A stretch of DNA of 64,000 bases from the NCBI RefSeq assembly GCF_964188315.1, contig NC_135669.1:30814001-30878000 (forward strand), written 5' to 3'. The translations under genes and the position numbers were made by a program. Positions 11,836 to 23,900 of this stretch are shown here, in pieces (the first letter of the stretch is position 1; each line of letters begins with the position of its first letter). This DNA comes from Podarcis muralis (Eukaryota). The notes beneath the pieces are model-generated. The model saw nothing but the letters and a program-made list of their open reading frames with translations, had not been told where the DNA came from and searched no databases.

Positions 11836-13192
11836 AGACAGACAAATGCCAACAACAGAAACTGTCTACGAGCATCTTAAGAGCGTAAGAAGAGCCTGCT
11901 GGATGAGGCCAATGGCCCATGTAGTCCAACATGTAATAATGTTCACGTAATGACCTATCTAGTCTAGCATCCTGTTCTCACAGTGGCCGGCCAAAGGGCT
12001 ATCAGTGGCTAACTAGTCACAATGACTATACTCTTCCTTCCCAGTTTGAGGCAGTAAACCCTCTGAATACCCTTTTCTGGAAACCACAGGAGGGGTAAAG
12101 GGCTCTTGTGCTCAAAGTTTGAGGCAGTAAACCCTTTGCTCTCAGCTTTCCCCACAGGGATCTGTTCAGCCACTGTGAGGAGAGGATGCTGGATTAGATG
12201 GGCCACTGGCCTGATCCAGCGGGCTCCATTTATGTTCTTAAGGCTGGTGCCCTCCCTGCCTTCTCAATGACTCTCCGCTCTCCTGTTCATTTTCAAGGTC
12301 CTTAACCAGGTATCCTTCCAGCTACAAATGTTTGCTTATTTTGGTTGCTAGGAGAAGCAATGCCAGGGCCAAACTAACAAAGGGTATATTGCCTGAGCTA
12401 CAAATGAGGAACAATGAAGGGAAAAAACCTCACCACCACACACTTCCTTTTATTGCACCAAAAACTGATTTTGCTCAGAAACCTTGATGCCCCATTCATA
12501 CCATGCATTTTAAGAACTACGGTGCCACATTAAACTCTCATAGATTCCCACAAAGAATACTGGGAAGTGTGGTTCGTTATGAGTGCAGTTGCTAGGTGAC
12601 CTCCAATTCCCCTCAGAGAACTATAGTTCCCAGGGAAGAGGGGTTGACTATTAAGTCACTCTGGGAGTTGTAGCTCTGGGAGAGGGGAATAGGGGCCTCT
12701 TCCAGCAACTCTTAGCACCCTTAACAAACTACAGCTCCCATAATTCTTTGGGAGAAAGCCATGGTGGCATTGCAAAACTCGGAGAAGTGCAGATTTCTAA
12801 GGATAGCTATGCTTCAGTTCTCATTGTTTTGGAAAATGCGACATCGATAAGCTGGGCTTTAAATGCAAATTGAACCCAATTTCTACCACGTTCTGAATCT
12901 GAGCCACTGCAGAAGGTTGAGGGAAGACTGACCCAGTGAAAACCGAAATCTGCCTGTCCTAGCTGGGGTTGATGGGAGTTGTAGTCCAAAACGACATCTT
13001 TAAGATATATGAAGATCCCATGGCCATAGAAGCACAAGGCGGAGGGAGGGGTTCACGGTGATTATTTAGTGTCCAAAGGCACTCTGCACATGCTCAAAGG
13101 CACAGACTGCTTTATTAAATGCTCCACCCACTGGATAGCAAAGTTCCAACCTTGCGGGGTCTCTCAGCAAGGAGAGGAATGGCAGCTTTTCC

Positions 13193-13416
13193 TCACAAGA
13201 CAGGGCTCTTTTGATACAGGTACACTACGCCAGGGATATACTCCACACCCTGTGCAGACTCCTTCTCCGATGTCGCCCGCTCCCATGCCTCAACTTCCTG
13301 CTCCATGACTTTTCGCCACAGTCCCCGCTGCTCCAGCTCGTTCAGGACTTGCTGCAGTTGGGCCTTGTATTCCAGGTTGCCTGTGTTGCTCCGGGTGGTC
13401 AGGCACAGGTAGCCTC
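13193..13416 (-). CDS. METTL27: METTL27 coding exon 5 (terminal)
   Basis: tttaataacag|GA GGC..; GYLCLTTRSNTGNLEYK..YLYQKSPVL*. Confidence 0.92.
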
Positions 13417-14564
13417 CTGTTATTAAAGGAGGATGTTGATCAGGTCCAGGGAAAGCCCTGACAGCATCACAGGGGCTTTTCCACACTTGTCCTCCTGCTT
13501 TTCCCCCAGGGGAAACCGCTATTCCTGCCCCCCCCCCAAAAAAACGTTGCTGAAACTGACCCCAAAAAATTCCTCATCTGGACAGATTCATTGGAGGACA
13601 GGATGAAGGGAGAGAGAAGGAAATCTGCATTGGCTAAACGGAGAAGGCCTTTCTCCATCACACTTCCATACAGATTAAAATGTGGAGATTAAATGTGTCC
13701 AATCCTGTGGGGAACATAGTGGAGGACTGAACATGAAATTTCAAGGAGAGTACAGCTCTTTTAGGGGGGCATTTAAAAAAAAACAAAAACCACAATACCA
13801 CAGCAAAGTTTAAGAAACATGGCTGTCAATCCTCACTCCTGGCTGTCAAAACAGTTTTTAAAACTCCAATATAAACACATGTTAAAAGGCATTTATGCCT
13901 TTCATACATTCACTTGAAGAGCACGGGAGAGGCTTAAAAGTGGTTCAGTGTGACTGGTCTGAATTCAAGGAAGTCTTTTCCGAACAACCAACAACCAACA
14001 ACAACAACCAACAACAAGCAAGTGAACTATTCCTCTTCCCCAGCTCCACTGGAGTAGATCTCCTTGGCTGTGGCTGGTTAAAAAGGTCTCCCAGCACCAT
14101 CTAGCGGCCACAGATTCATGGTGGATCAGCCCAACCGCTTGCAGTGCAGGAATCACAGCTGAAGAATCCCTGACAGACCCCCATCCAACCTCTCTTTAAA
14201 AACCTCCTTTGAAGAAGATTCCATCACCTTCCAAAGGAGCCCATTCCGCTTCCGAACAGCTCTAGCTGTCAGGAAGTTCTTCCTAATATTTAGTAGGGAT
14301 CTCCTTCCTTGCCATTTGAAGACATTGGTTTGGGTCATCCACACTGGAGCAGCAGAAACAAGCTTGCTGCATCTTCCATGTGACAACCCTTCAGGGATTG
14401 GAAGATGGTTATCCTCTCAGTCTTCTTTTCTCCAGGCTAAACAGACCCAACTTCCTCAACTGTTCCTAATCAGGCTAATTTTCCAGGCCCTTGATCCTTT
14501 TGGTTGCTTCTCCTCTGCACACGTTCCAGTGATGAACAGTGATGAACCTAGGTGATGCTTCCTG

Positions 14565-14608
<44 letters not shown>

Positions 14609-16811
14609 CCCCACTGCAACAGGGCATCTCTGGCAAAAACCCCACCTGGTCTGGTGACACGAAGCAACTCCGGAACCACGCTGGTGGGCACCTGTCCTTC
14701 GCTGAGTGCCCCCACGATCAGAACAGCGTCATAGCACCCTGGTCAGAAGCAACAGCACCGGTTATTTATTTGTATTTTTTCATTTTAAAAAATAGCCTAA
14801 CACTTTGAATTGGGGCTCAGGGATGAACAGGCAAATGGCACAGGTGTTTAAGGACAGGTGTAACATGCTCCTTGGCAGAAAAGCCCATCAGGTTTCTGGT
14901 CGCTGTGTTTTGCACAAGCTGCAGTCTCCAAACCATCTTCAAGGGCAGCCCCATGTAGAGAGAATTACAGGAGTCCAGATTGGGGAGGTTATTGTTTTGT
15001 TTTTACTACAGCATGAACGGCTGTGCCCAGGAACAGTTCGCACCAGCAAACTGTGGGAAGGCAGGGATCTTCAGTCCCCACAACTGACTCATAGGGGCAA
15101 GATCTACTTGCTGTGCTCAGTAGGCCTGGCACTACTGAGCAGACCTTGTTTCTTTTCATAAAGAGTTAACTTCACTTGCTCCGTGTGATTTATTGCTGAC
15201 CCACTCCTGACAAGTGACAGACTATTGTCATTCTGGGAGTAGCCCCAGACGATGCACCAGGTCCTCTGGGGTGAGTTCCAGAGGTTAATGCAGGGAAGCA
15301 GCAGCAGCATCGCCTTGCCCACCCCAGCCTCACCCCCTGCACCCTAACCCCCACCCACTCAACCCATTTCTCAGGAAGGGGTGCACCTCTTGGTCTTGTT
15401 ACCTTCAGGAGCTGGTAGGGCTTCCTGCCCCAAGAGGCACCTCTTCAGATCCTGGTAGATCCCCTTGCGACACGCATGTTCCAGCATCCGCTGACTGCCA
15501 TCCAGGCCGTGGAGGCGGCAGAAACCTTTTGCCTGCAGCTTAGAAGGTGCAGCTTAAGTCACATGACACCAGCCTGGAACCACACCCACTCCTGCCTGCC
15601 AATCAAACGCGAGCTTACTGGACACCACAAGCGACACCCGCAGGAGCCAGATGGGGATGGTGTTGGGGTAGCTGGGCGATATCTGGTTTTCAACATTGCA
15701 ATAGATCACCAGCTAAACATCATGATATACCAATACAGTGTCTGAAATAAAGATGGAGCTCTGTAGAGGCATTGGCTGGCTTCATAGTTTTCCCCGTGAT
15801 TTACGCAAACATTTCATGATTTGTGATATATTGCCAGGTGAAAAATTATGAAACTGGTATAACGATATGGACTTCAAACTGATTTTGGACAATATAAGCA
15901 CAGCCTTCTGGGTACCAGTTGCTGGAAACCGCAAGAGGGGAGAGTGTTTTAGTGCTTGCAGGTTTCCAACAGGCACCTGGTCAGCCACAGTGAGAACAGG
16001 CTAGATGGGATATTGGCCTGATCCAGTTGGCTCCTCTGACGTTCTTACGGAACTCTCTCCCACTGGAGGCAGGGATAGCTACCAACTTGGATACTTTAAA
16101 AGAGGACTATACAAAATCGTGGAGAATAATAAGGGTTTAAATGGCTACTGACCACAATGTCTATGCTCTGTCTCCATAGGGGGATATGGCCCCTGGGCTG
16201 CAAAATATTCCCTGCCCCAGTTTAACCGATGGATCAACTCCTAACAATAGCACAAAAATATTAATGAACCTCCTAATCCATTAAAAACTAGATTCAATGA
16301 AATAAGACCCCGTGACTCAAGTGGCAGCCTCACTAAGTTGCCCGTCTTTCCCAGAGACAAGAGCACCATCAGACTGGGGCAGTTCACAGCAGGGTGAGAT
16401 CACTGTGTCCCAAATAATTTGATACATCAGCTGATGGTCCCCAGGTCTGGCCAATGACATGGGTGGAGACACACCCCACGATGCCCCCTGCTGAGATTGG
16501 GCTGGGGTGCCCCAGTTACCTCCTTGGCCACAAGTCCTGTGCCACAGGCCACATCGAGCACTAGAGCGTCCTGGAGGGGCTCCTGGAAAACGGAAGCCAA
16601 GCAGGCAGCAGCCAGTCGGGGGGCTTGATACTGCAAGACAGCAACATCCTACAGGAGAAAAGAGGTCTCGTCAGGAACAGGGTGGGGACTGAACTTCATA
16701 AGTAGAGCCCAATGGATCAGGCTAATGGCCTATCTATTCCAGCATCCTGTTCTTACAGTGGCCAACACAAACACATGAGACCCTCCCCCTACGGTGGTTT
16801 CCAGCAACAGG

Positions 16812-16880
<69 letters not shown>

Positions 16881-19800
16881 GTTTGTACCCCAGCCACTCT
16901 GGGTGGCTTCCAACAGATATAAAAAACATAATAAAGCATCAGATATTTTAAAAAACTTCCCTATATAGGGCTGCCTTCAGATGTCTTCTAAAAGTTGTAC
17001 TGTATAGTCATTTATCTCCTTGATATCTGATGGGAGGGCATTCCACTTCTCGCAGTGATGAGGGAACCACCAGAAGGCCCTCGCAGCTGGACCTCAGTGT
17101 CTGGACTGAATTCAGAAGCATTACTGCCTCCTTTAAAGCCATCCAAGTTGGTGTCCACTGCTGCCTCCTGGGGGAGGGAGTTCCTTAGTCTAACCATGCA
17201 TTGCGTGAAGAAGTCCTTTCTTTGACGAGTGCTGAATCTCTGATCTCTGGTCCACAAGTTCTAGCGCTATGAGAGAGGGAGGCAAACTTTCCTCTACCCA
17301 CTTACTCCTTGTCGTGCTTAATTTTATAAACTCCTATTATGTCAGCTCTTTTTTCCAAACTAAAAAGTCGCAAATGCAGCAACCATCCTTCATAGGGAAG
17401 TTTCTCCACCCCCTGTATCATTTTGGTTGCCCCTTTCTGAACCTTTTCCAACCTCCCGGCATTGGTATTTTTAACCCCTTGCAGCATACGTCTAATAAAA
17501 TACTGTGTTGGCTGCAGGAAGTGAAAGGAAGGCTCTGCTAGGAATTGTATTTTTGGCCTTTTCACATCCAAAGAAAACATTCCATTCCCCCTGCTGTCCT
17601 GATTTCATTGCTCCAGGTGTTCCAGGGCAGTTGGAGAGCAGATATCTTGGGCTCTGCCCAGTTCCAGGGGACCTTGGCTGAGATGGAGACATTTGCGGTA
17701 ATAAAATCCTCCTTTCCCCAAACAGGTTGGGCCTGGGGAGGGACTGGCAAGGCGGAGCAAAAGCTATCAGCGTTTTGGACTTCTCAGTCTGGAAAAAATG
17801 CGAACCAGAAGAGACACGATTAGGCGTTTATAGGATAGAGAATGGATAGAGGAAAGTTTTCTAATCATAGACACCCAAAGAAACCAAATGTTGGAAGTTT
17901 CGGGACAGAGAAAAGAAAGTCCTTCACACAGGGCATAGTTAAACTATGGAACTCACTGCCACAGGAAGCAGTGAGAGCCACCAACTTGGACGGCTTTAAA
18001 GAAAGGATTGGAGGAATTCATGGAAGAGGGAACTATTGATGGCTACTAGCCATGATGGCTCTGCTCTGCTTCCAGAGTCAGAGGTTGCGATGCTTCTGAA
18101 TACCAGTTTCTGGAAACCACAGGAGAGGACAGGGCTCTTGTGCTCAGGTCCTGCTTGAGGCTTTTTCATTGGGGCATCTGGGTGTCTGCTGTAAGAACAG
18201 GATGCTGGACCACATGGGTCATTGGCTGAATCCAGCAAGTTCTTAGCACATGGGAGATGAGTGGAGAAAAGGATGTGCTTGTGGCTAAATGGCCATGGTA
18301 AGGATGGATGGATGAACCTGTCATTTTCAGACCTCTCTTTCTCATTTGTCCAGTCTTGAATTCACTTCTCTGCATTTCTGCATCCATTTGTATTTTTTAA
18401 AAAAATCTTCAGGAAAATTCATCACCATTTTCATGTGAATTTCTTCTAATAAACCGATTTTTCTGTATCCAGTTTTGACCAGCAAACATTTCTGCAAGCA
18501 ATTTCCCCTAATATAATCCACTTCTGTATGTTGTTTTTAGTGGCATGTTTATTCTTATGCACATTTTTGCTAATATATGCATTTGTGAAACCGTTGGGAG
18601 AGCTGCATGGCAAAATATGGAGTACTGCAAATTTTGAGGGGTGGCTGTGGTTTGTATTGTTCTGGAAAGAACCTGTTCACCTGTAAATGTGAACTGAATC
18701 AAAATTCTCCCCAAAACCTAACTGGTAACGGACTCCTTTTTTAACTCCCGTCCTGATTAAGTCACCCTCCTTCTGATATAAGCAATTCCTCGCTCTGGCC
18801 TCTTCACTTGGTTGGATTCCGTGTGAGGCATGGATAGCCAAACTGCGGAACCCGTGGCCACAGGAGGAAATAATGGCCACCAAGTCGAATGTCTTTTAAA
18901 AAAGGATTGGATAAATTTGTGGAGGACAAAGGCTATACTGTATTGTGTGTGCGTTGAAATATCTTTTCATTACCTGCTATTATTAACTTTATTTTTACAC
19001 CACTCTTCCTTCCAGTAGGAGGGACCCTTTTGATTTTTCAGCCTTCCCCAACCATCCAGATATTTTGTACCCCAGCTCCCATCAGCCCCCAAAGCAAGCC
19101 TGCCCAATGGCGGACTGCCTTCCTGATGCTGGCACTCTACACATGCCCAAGAACACCCCCTCTATTATTATTGTGCCCCAGGTGGAGAAAATGGGTTTGG
19201 GGGGATTTAAATTCAGAACGGGGGGAGGGGGGAGGCTGCTTTGCCAAAATTGGTCCAGAAGTCCACCAAGCTAGGTATCCACTTTATTTTAGAAGCACCA
19301 GCTGCCTCTGAGAAGCCCACAAGCAGGCCTGTTATTTGCCCAACTATCTCATGCATCCTGTGGCTGCAATGGGTGTCAAGGTAGATTGCCTCTGAACATG
19401 GAGGTTCTATTTAGGTGAGATGATGGTGGGACCTCATTAATTTATTACTTATTTACGTATTCCATTTATATCCCAGCTTTCCCTCCAAGGAGTTCAAGGT
19501 GGTTCTCCCCCTCCTCATTTCATATCCATAGCAACCCTCTGAGGTAAGGGCAGGCTGGGAGACAGCGAGCCCAAGGTCTCTGAGCCTCATGGCTGAGTGG
19601 TGGATTTGAACCCTGTACTGGTCCTGGTCCGACACTCAATTTCTCTAATCCCCACCCCCAGCTTGCCCTTTAAAATGATGGCTAAACTGCTGACCCGGGA
19701 TTCGTGGGAGGAGAGAGAAAGGCAGAACTCTGCACGCGCTCAAGAGTCTCCTTAGGGAATGAAAGAGAAGAATGCTCCCAGGGGGCAGAGGGGACGAACT

Positions 19801-19975
19801 AAGGGCAGAAACGAAGCGGGGTGAGGAGGGGTGGAGGAGGAGTAACCTCTTCGTATTCCGGGGCCCAGCCGTCGTAGAAACGGAGCTGCTGCTCCGGATG
19901 GCCTTCGTGGTGCACCTGGGCGACGCGGCGCTGAACCTCGGCAAGGCGGCTGCTGTCTGCGCTGTCATCAGCCAT
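13193..19975 (-). CDS. METTL27: Methyltransferase-like protein 27 (WBSCR27), 236 aa; complement(join(13193..13416,14646..14738,15403..15538,16520..16648,19847..19975))
   Basis: Five GT-AG exons (129+129+136+93+224=711 nt) join in frame: MADDSADSSRLAEVQRRVAQVHHEGHPEQQLRFYDGWAPEYEE/DVAVLQYQAPRL..VLDVACGTGLVAKE/LQAKGFCRLHGLDGSQRML../GCYDAVLIVGALSEGQVP../GGYLCLTTRSN..GVVYLYQKSPVL*. SAM-binding motif I is LDVACGTG. Confidence 0.93.
14150..14465 (-). mobile_element. CR1 LINE 3' fragment
   Basis: Minus-strand frame gives [25 protein letters not shown], homologous to the 25308-26108 CR1. Confidence 0.75.
14569..14607. repeat. (AC)n microsatellite in METTL27 intron 4
   Basis: Direct reading. Confidence 0.95.
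14646..14738 (-). CDS. METTL27: METTL27 coding exon 4
   Basis: cttctgaccag|GG..CCAG|gtgggg; CYDAVLIVGALSEGQVP. Confidence 0.92.
15403..15538 (-). CDS. METTL27: METTL27 coding exon 3
   Basis: ccttctaag|CTG..GAAG|gtaaca; LHGLDGSQRMLEHA. Confidence 0.92.
16520..16648 (-). CDS. METTL27: METTL27 coding exon 2 (SAM motif I)
   Basis: tttctcctgtag|GAT..GAG|gtaact; encodes VLDVACGTGLV. Confidence 0.93.
16811..16880. repeat. Compound (GTT)n(ATT)n microsatellite in METTL27 intron 1
   Basis: Direct reading. Confidence 0.95.
17200..17480 (-). mobile_element. Degenerate CR1 LINE fragment
   Basis: LEKVQKGATKMIQGVEKLPYEGWLLHLRLFSLEKR motif in ORF 17302..17580. Confidence 0.75.
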
Positions 19976-20100
19976 GTCCGATCCGCCCCTCCGCGAGAGC
20001 AGCAGCCGCGCCGCCTCCTTCCCGGCTCCTCCTCTCTCGCCCGCCTCTCTCCTCGTCCTTCCCCCGGCAGGCTTGGGGGAACTCTAAGGAGTCGGCTTTT
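19790..20100 (-). promoter_or_regulatory. Small CpG-rich region over the METTL27 start / promoter
   Basis: Local CpG enrichment around exon 1; GC box (GGGGCGG on - strand, ~19983-19989). Confidence 0.55.
19847..19975 (-). CDS. METTL27: METTL27 coding exon 1
   Basis: ATG at 19975; FYDGWAPEYEE motif; donor GAG|GTTACT; lies in a CpG-rich patch. Confidence 0.88.
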
Positions 20101-20545
20101 AACTTGTGCTGCGCTGTTTTGTGCTAGTTCTGTAAGAATTGTTTTTCAGCGGTTATCTTCCACATGCTTTTCGCCTTCTGTGCCTATATGCCGTTTTAAT
20201 TTGTGTAAGCAGTTTGGGGGAAAGGTGGGGTATATAAGCGGATCTCAGGGTCATGGATTCCAACCGCATGTTGACATGGGCTTAACCTGGATTTTTTGGG
20301 GGGGCAGGATTTATCTGTTAGGGGGGCAGAACCTCAGTTAAGTATTTCTATTGATTTACTTGCTGCGCCCTTCCTGCCCCCCTGGCTATGCCCATGCACG
20401 TTGGGCAAATGATTCCTGCATTGCACGAGGTTGGGTTAGAACTCTACAATTCTATGGTTCTATAACAACATCTGGCAGCCCAGTCCCCTATTCGTGTGGC
20501 CACACTCGGGATTTTGGTGATGGCATACACACACACACACACATA

Positions 20546-20762
20546 CAGTGGTACCTCGGGTTACATACGCTTCAGGTTACAGACTCCGCTAACCCAGAAA
20601 TAGTACCTCGGGTTAAGAACTTTGCTTCAGGATGGGAACAGAAATCATGCTCCGGCAACGCGGGAAGCCCCATTAGCTAAAGTGGTGCTTCAGGTTAAGA
20701 AGAGTTTCAGGTTAAGAACGGACCTCCGGAACGAATTAAGTTCTTAACCCGAGGTACCACTG
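20546..20762. mobile_element. Tc1/mariner (Tigger-like) MITE
   Basis: TA|CAGTGGTACCTCGGGTTA..TAACCCGAGGTACCACTG|TA. Confidence 0.9.
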
Positions 20763-23366
20763 TATATGGATGAATTAAATTTTAGGACATTTCAGCACTG
20801 AATTTACTGGGTGCCGTGACACAGTCTTTTGTGTGTGTCCCCTAAATTGGCTGTCCATTTTTTCGATCTGCCTGAGAAACAGCAGAAATGGGGGCTATTC
20901 AGCCCAGCATTTTTGGAGGCTGGGATAATAGGACTCCCATGGCAACCAGGGTACCTCTCTCCATGGCAACCGTCCCATATCATTTGTACAGGGAGTCAGA
21001 ATGCCGAGGCCTTATTTGGTGGAACACAGCGGGGGGGGGGGGGCATGCACATTTGACCAGGAGTTCCAGTGGGGGGGGGGGGCTGGCTAGGGGCCATAAT
21101 TAGAAGTCTAAATTGTAGATCATGCTTGAAGATGCCTCTGCAAACCATCCCCCTGTTTATGTGGTGTCCAAAAACATTTTGATACCTCTATGAGGTGTAG
21201 CAACAAATCCCCACCCAACTCTGCTTTGCATGCAAAGTCTCTCATGTTGACAGGAGGCATCTGGCTGGATCTCATGGGAATGCAGGCGGAGATAGGCCTT
21301 TGGTCCAGTCCAGCTGGACTCTTATGAGCCCAGAGCTGTGAGGACAAGGAAATCTACTCCAGGACGGTCAAGGGATCACAGTGCAAGATAATTCAGTGGT
21401 GCATTATGACTCAGTGCAAGACAGCTTCTTATGTTCATTTTCCACTTTAAGTATGGCCCCAGCCTTCCCGCAACCCGGTACTTCTTATATTTCAGACCAC
21501 AACTTCCCATCGCCCCCGATGTTTTGGAGCATGTATTCCACTCACCCCAGATGTTCTGGACCACATCTCCTGTCAGCCCCAGGAGCTTCAGACTACAACT
21601 CCCATCAGCCCCCAGGAGCTTCAGACTACAACTCCCATCAGCATGGCTGGAACCAACAAGAGCTGTAATCCAAAACATCTGGAAGGATGTTGGGCAAAGG
21701 CTGTCCATACATATTCCAACTTTTATAAATGTGTGTGATCTTGGGAAGTGCCAGACAGATCATGAAACTAAATTTTGCCGGAGAACTTTTGTGTTATTGA
21801 ACCGAAACAGCCCTGGAGGATGAGAACCCGGTGGTGTGAAGGGACTCTGCAGCACAGCAGCAAACTCTGCCCAAGGTGTTTTTGGCTACAGAGGAGCTGA
21901 CATCCAGGATGGCGGTGATGGAAAGCCCTCAGTAGGTGGTCATTTCTTCAACCTGCAAGATAACAAAAAATGGCCTTGAATTGTCAGGACAAGAGGCTCC
22001 CTGGCTTGGCACAGCCAACCCTAATTTGCAGTAGTTCTATAGGGTATTACTTGGATGCTGGCCTTTGGAAGCAGGATCCAGGATCTCTCTCACCCTGACC
22101 CCAGGTGCTATGGGCACTTAGGATACAGATACCTCTCCGGAGCCATGGAAGGGGCAAGTCCTATAGTTTGAATCTGTGGGCATGCAACAGCCTTCATCAA
22201 CTTGGTGCCCTGAATATGTTTTACAAATCTCTCCAGTGGAGGGCAATTGAGGTGATGAAGTCCCTATGAACCTACTTGATGGTAGAGCTTCTAATTTTGA
22301 AAAGCCACGGAGGGGGGAGCTATTTTGGCCTTTGAGGGGGTATTATTGCATTTGGGATTCCCAATCGCACCAAGACTCAATGGAGTCATTTGGGTATATC
22401 TGAACTCACAGAATTCACAACCACAAAATGTAGAGATGGCCGCCAACTTGGATGGCTTTGAAAGAGGATTAAACAAATCCACAAAGGGTAGTCAATGGCT
22501 AGTAGTCACAATGGAGATGCCAGAACATAGGCAGTTGCAAGGGAGATGCTCTATCACTGAGCTGTGCCTATGAATAACAGTTGCTGGGAATTGCAGTAGG
22601 TTGGGGAAGGCTGATTCTACTTCAGATTAACTTGTTCCAGCTATAGGGAACTACCTTTGGACACCTGATGCAGCAAACCCAAGCCTGGACCCCCAAGGAT
22701 TATTGCTCAGTGGTATAGCATCTGCCTTGCAAGCAGATCTATGGTTCAATCCCTGCTGGCTTCTCTAGGTAGCATTGGGAGAGAGACTCCTGCCTGAAAT
22801 TCCAAACAGCCACTGCCAGTTAGTGTTTGGTCCCGTCTTCCTATCTTCCTATGAGCTACAGCCACCAGCTAAAATGGCTTCAAGAGGATCAGACAAATTC
22901 ATGGAGGGTAAGCAGGCTATTGATGGCTACTAGCCACAATGGCTATGTTCTCCCTCCACTGTCAGAGACCGTAGGGCTCTTAATACTAGTTTCTCAGAAT
23001 TGCAAGTGGGGAGTGTGCTGCTGCTCTGACTTTTCAGCTTCCCGTTGGGACATCTGGTTGGCCACTGTGAGAAGATGATGCTGGACTAGATGCACCCTCT
23101 TTGGCCTGATCCAGCAGGGCTCTTATGTTCTTAGCCCCATTGGCCAGGATTGACCAGGTGCCTCTCAAAGATGGGTGGGGTGGAGCACTGTAGAATACTG
23201 AGGGACCCATCCATATTTCTAAGGATGTATTGGAATCAAGTGTGGGTGCATTACTGCATTGAGCACAGCAGCCAACCCCGGGGGACGGAGGTCCCTTTGC
23301 TCCATGAAATACTTGAGGGGGTGTATTATTGCATAGAGGGGGCCAAGTGTGTGCATGTGGGTTCAG

Positions 23367-23900
23367 CTATTGCAAGGGGGGTTTGGGGAGCCACAACATG
23401 CGTACAGGATAGGAGGCGCATTGTTGGTCAGAACAGGGTGAAGAGGCTTCCTCGCTCTCCGATGCTCCTGACGGGCACACCTGCTGCTGGGCAGCAGAGT
23501 CGGGGCCTGCCGCTGCTTCTGGCCCCGGGGAGGGGGTGACGGTGGCGGTGCGGCGCCGGCTCCTGCTGCGGCTCCGGAGCTGGGAGGATCGGGGCCCGCT
23601 CTGCTGCTGGCGGCGGCGCTTGGCGATGCTGGCGCGGATCTTGGCGGCGATCTTGCGCTCGTGGCCGGACGGGGAGGTCCAGTTGGTGCGCTGCTCCCTC
23701 TCGCGGCGGCTCCGGCCCTTCCCGCCCGCGCCGGGCCCCCGCGGGCCGCCCTGGTGCGTCCGATCCCGCAGCCGCTCCAGGCGCTCATCCGAAGGCGACG
23801 AGGAGCGGCCCGACTCCTGCTCTTCCCCGTCCACGCCGGCAGGGGGCTCAGCCGACACAGTCGCCAGAGCAGCCTTCGACCGGCTGCGCTCACGCCGCAT
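23367..23900 (-). CDS. NUPR2: Nuclear protein 2 / p8-family (NUPR2-like) protein; 177 aa if unspliced, 147 aa if spliced 23481->21952
   Basis: ATG at 23900 (gccaagATG) is codon 56 of ORF 23367..24065. The core GGKGRSRREREQRTNWTSPSGHERKIAAKIRASIAKRRR matches the p8/NUPR basic helix motif (KGRT.RE...TNW.APGGHERK). It sits in a CpG island upstream of VKORC1L1, the neighbour I recall for mouse Nupr2/Nupr1l. The C-terminal end is uncertain. Confidence 0.8.
   Translation of the reverse strand: MRRERSRSKAALATVSAEPPAGVDGEEQESGRSSSPSDERLERLRDRTHQGGPRGPGAGGKGRSRREREQRTNWTSPSGHERKIAAKIRASIAKRRRQQQSGPRSSQLRSRSRSRRRTATVTPSPGPEAAAGPDSAAQQQVCPSGASESEEASSPCSDQQCASYPVRMLWLPKPPLQ

Noticed and set aside
21573-21642. 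Short local tandem duplications (also 49926-49986, 6607-6640, 37306-37326)
   Set aside because: Ordinary slippage duplications, mostly inside repeat fragments, with no further structure.
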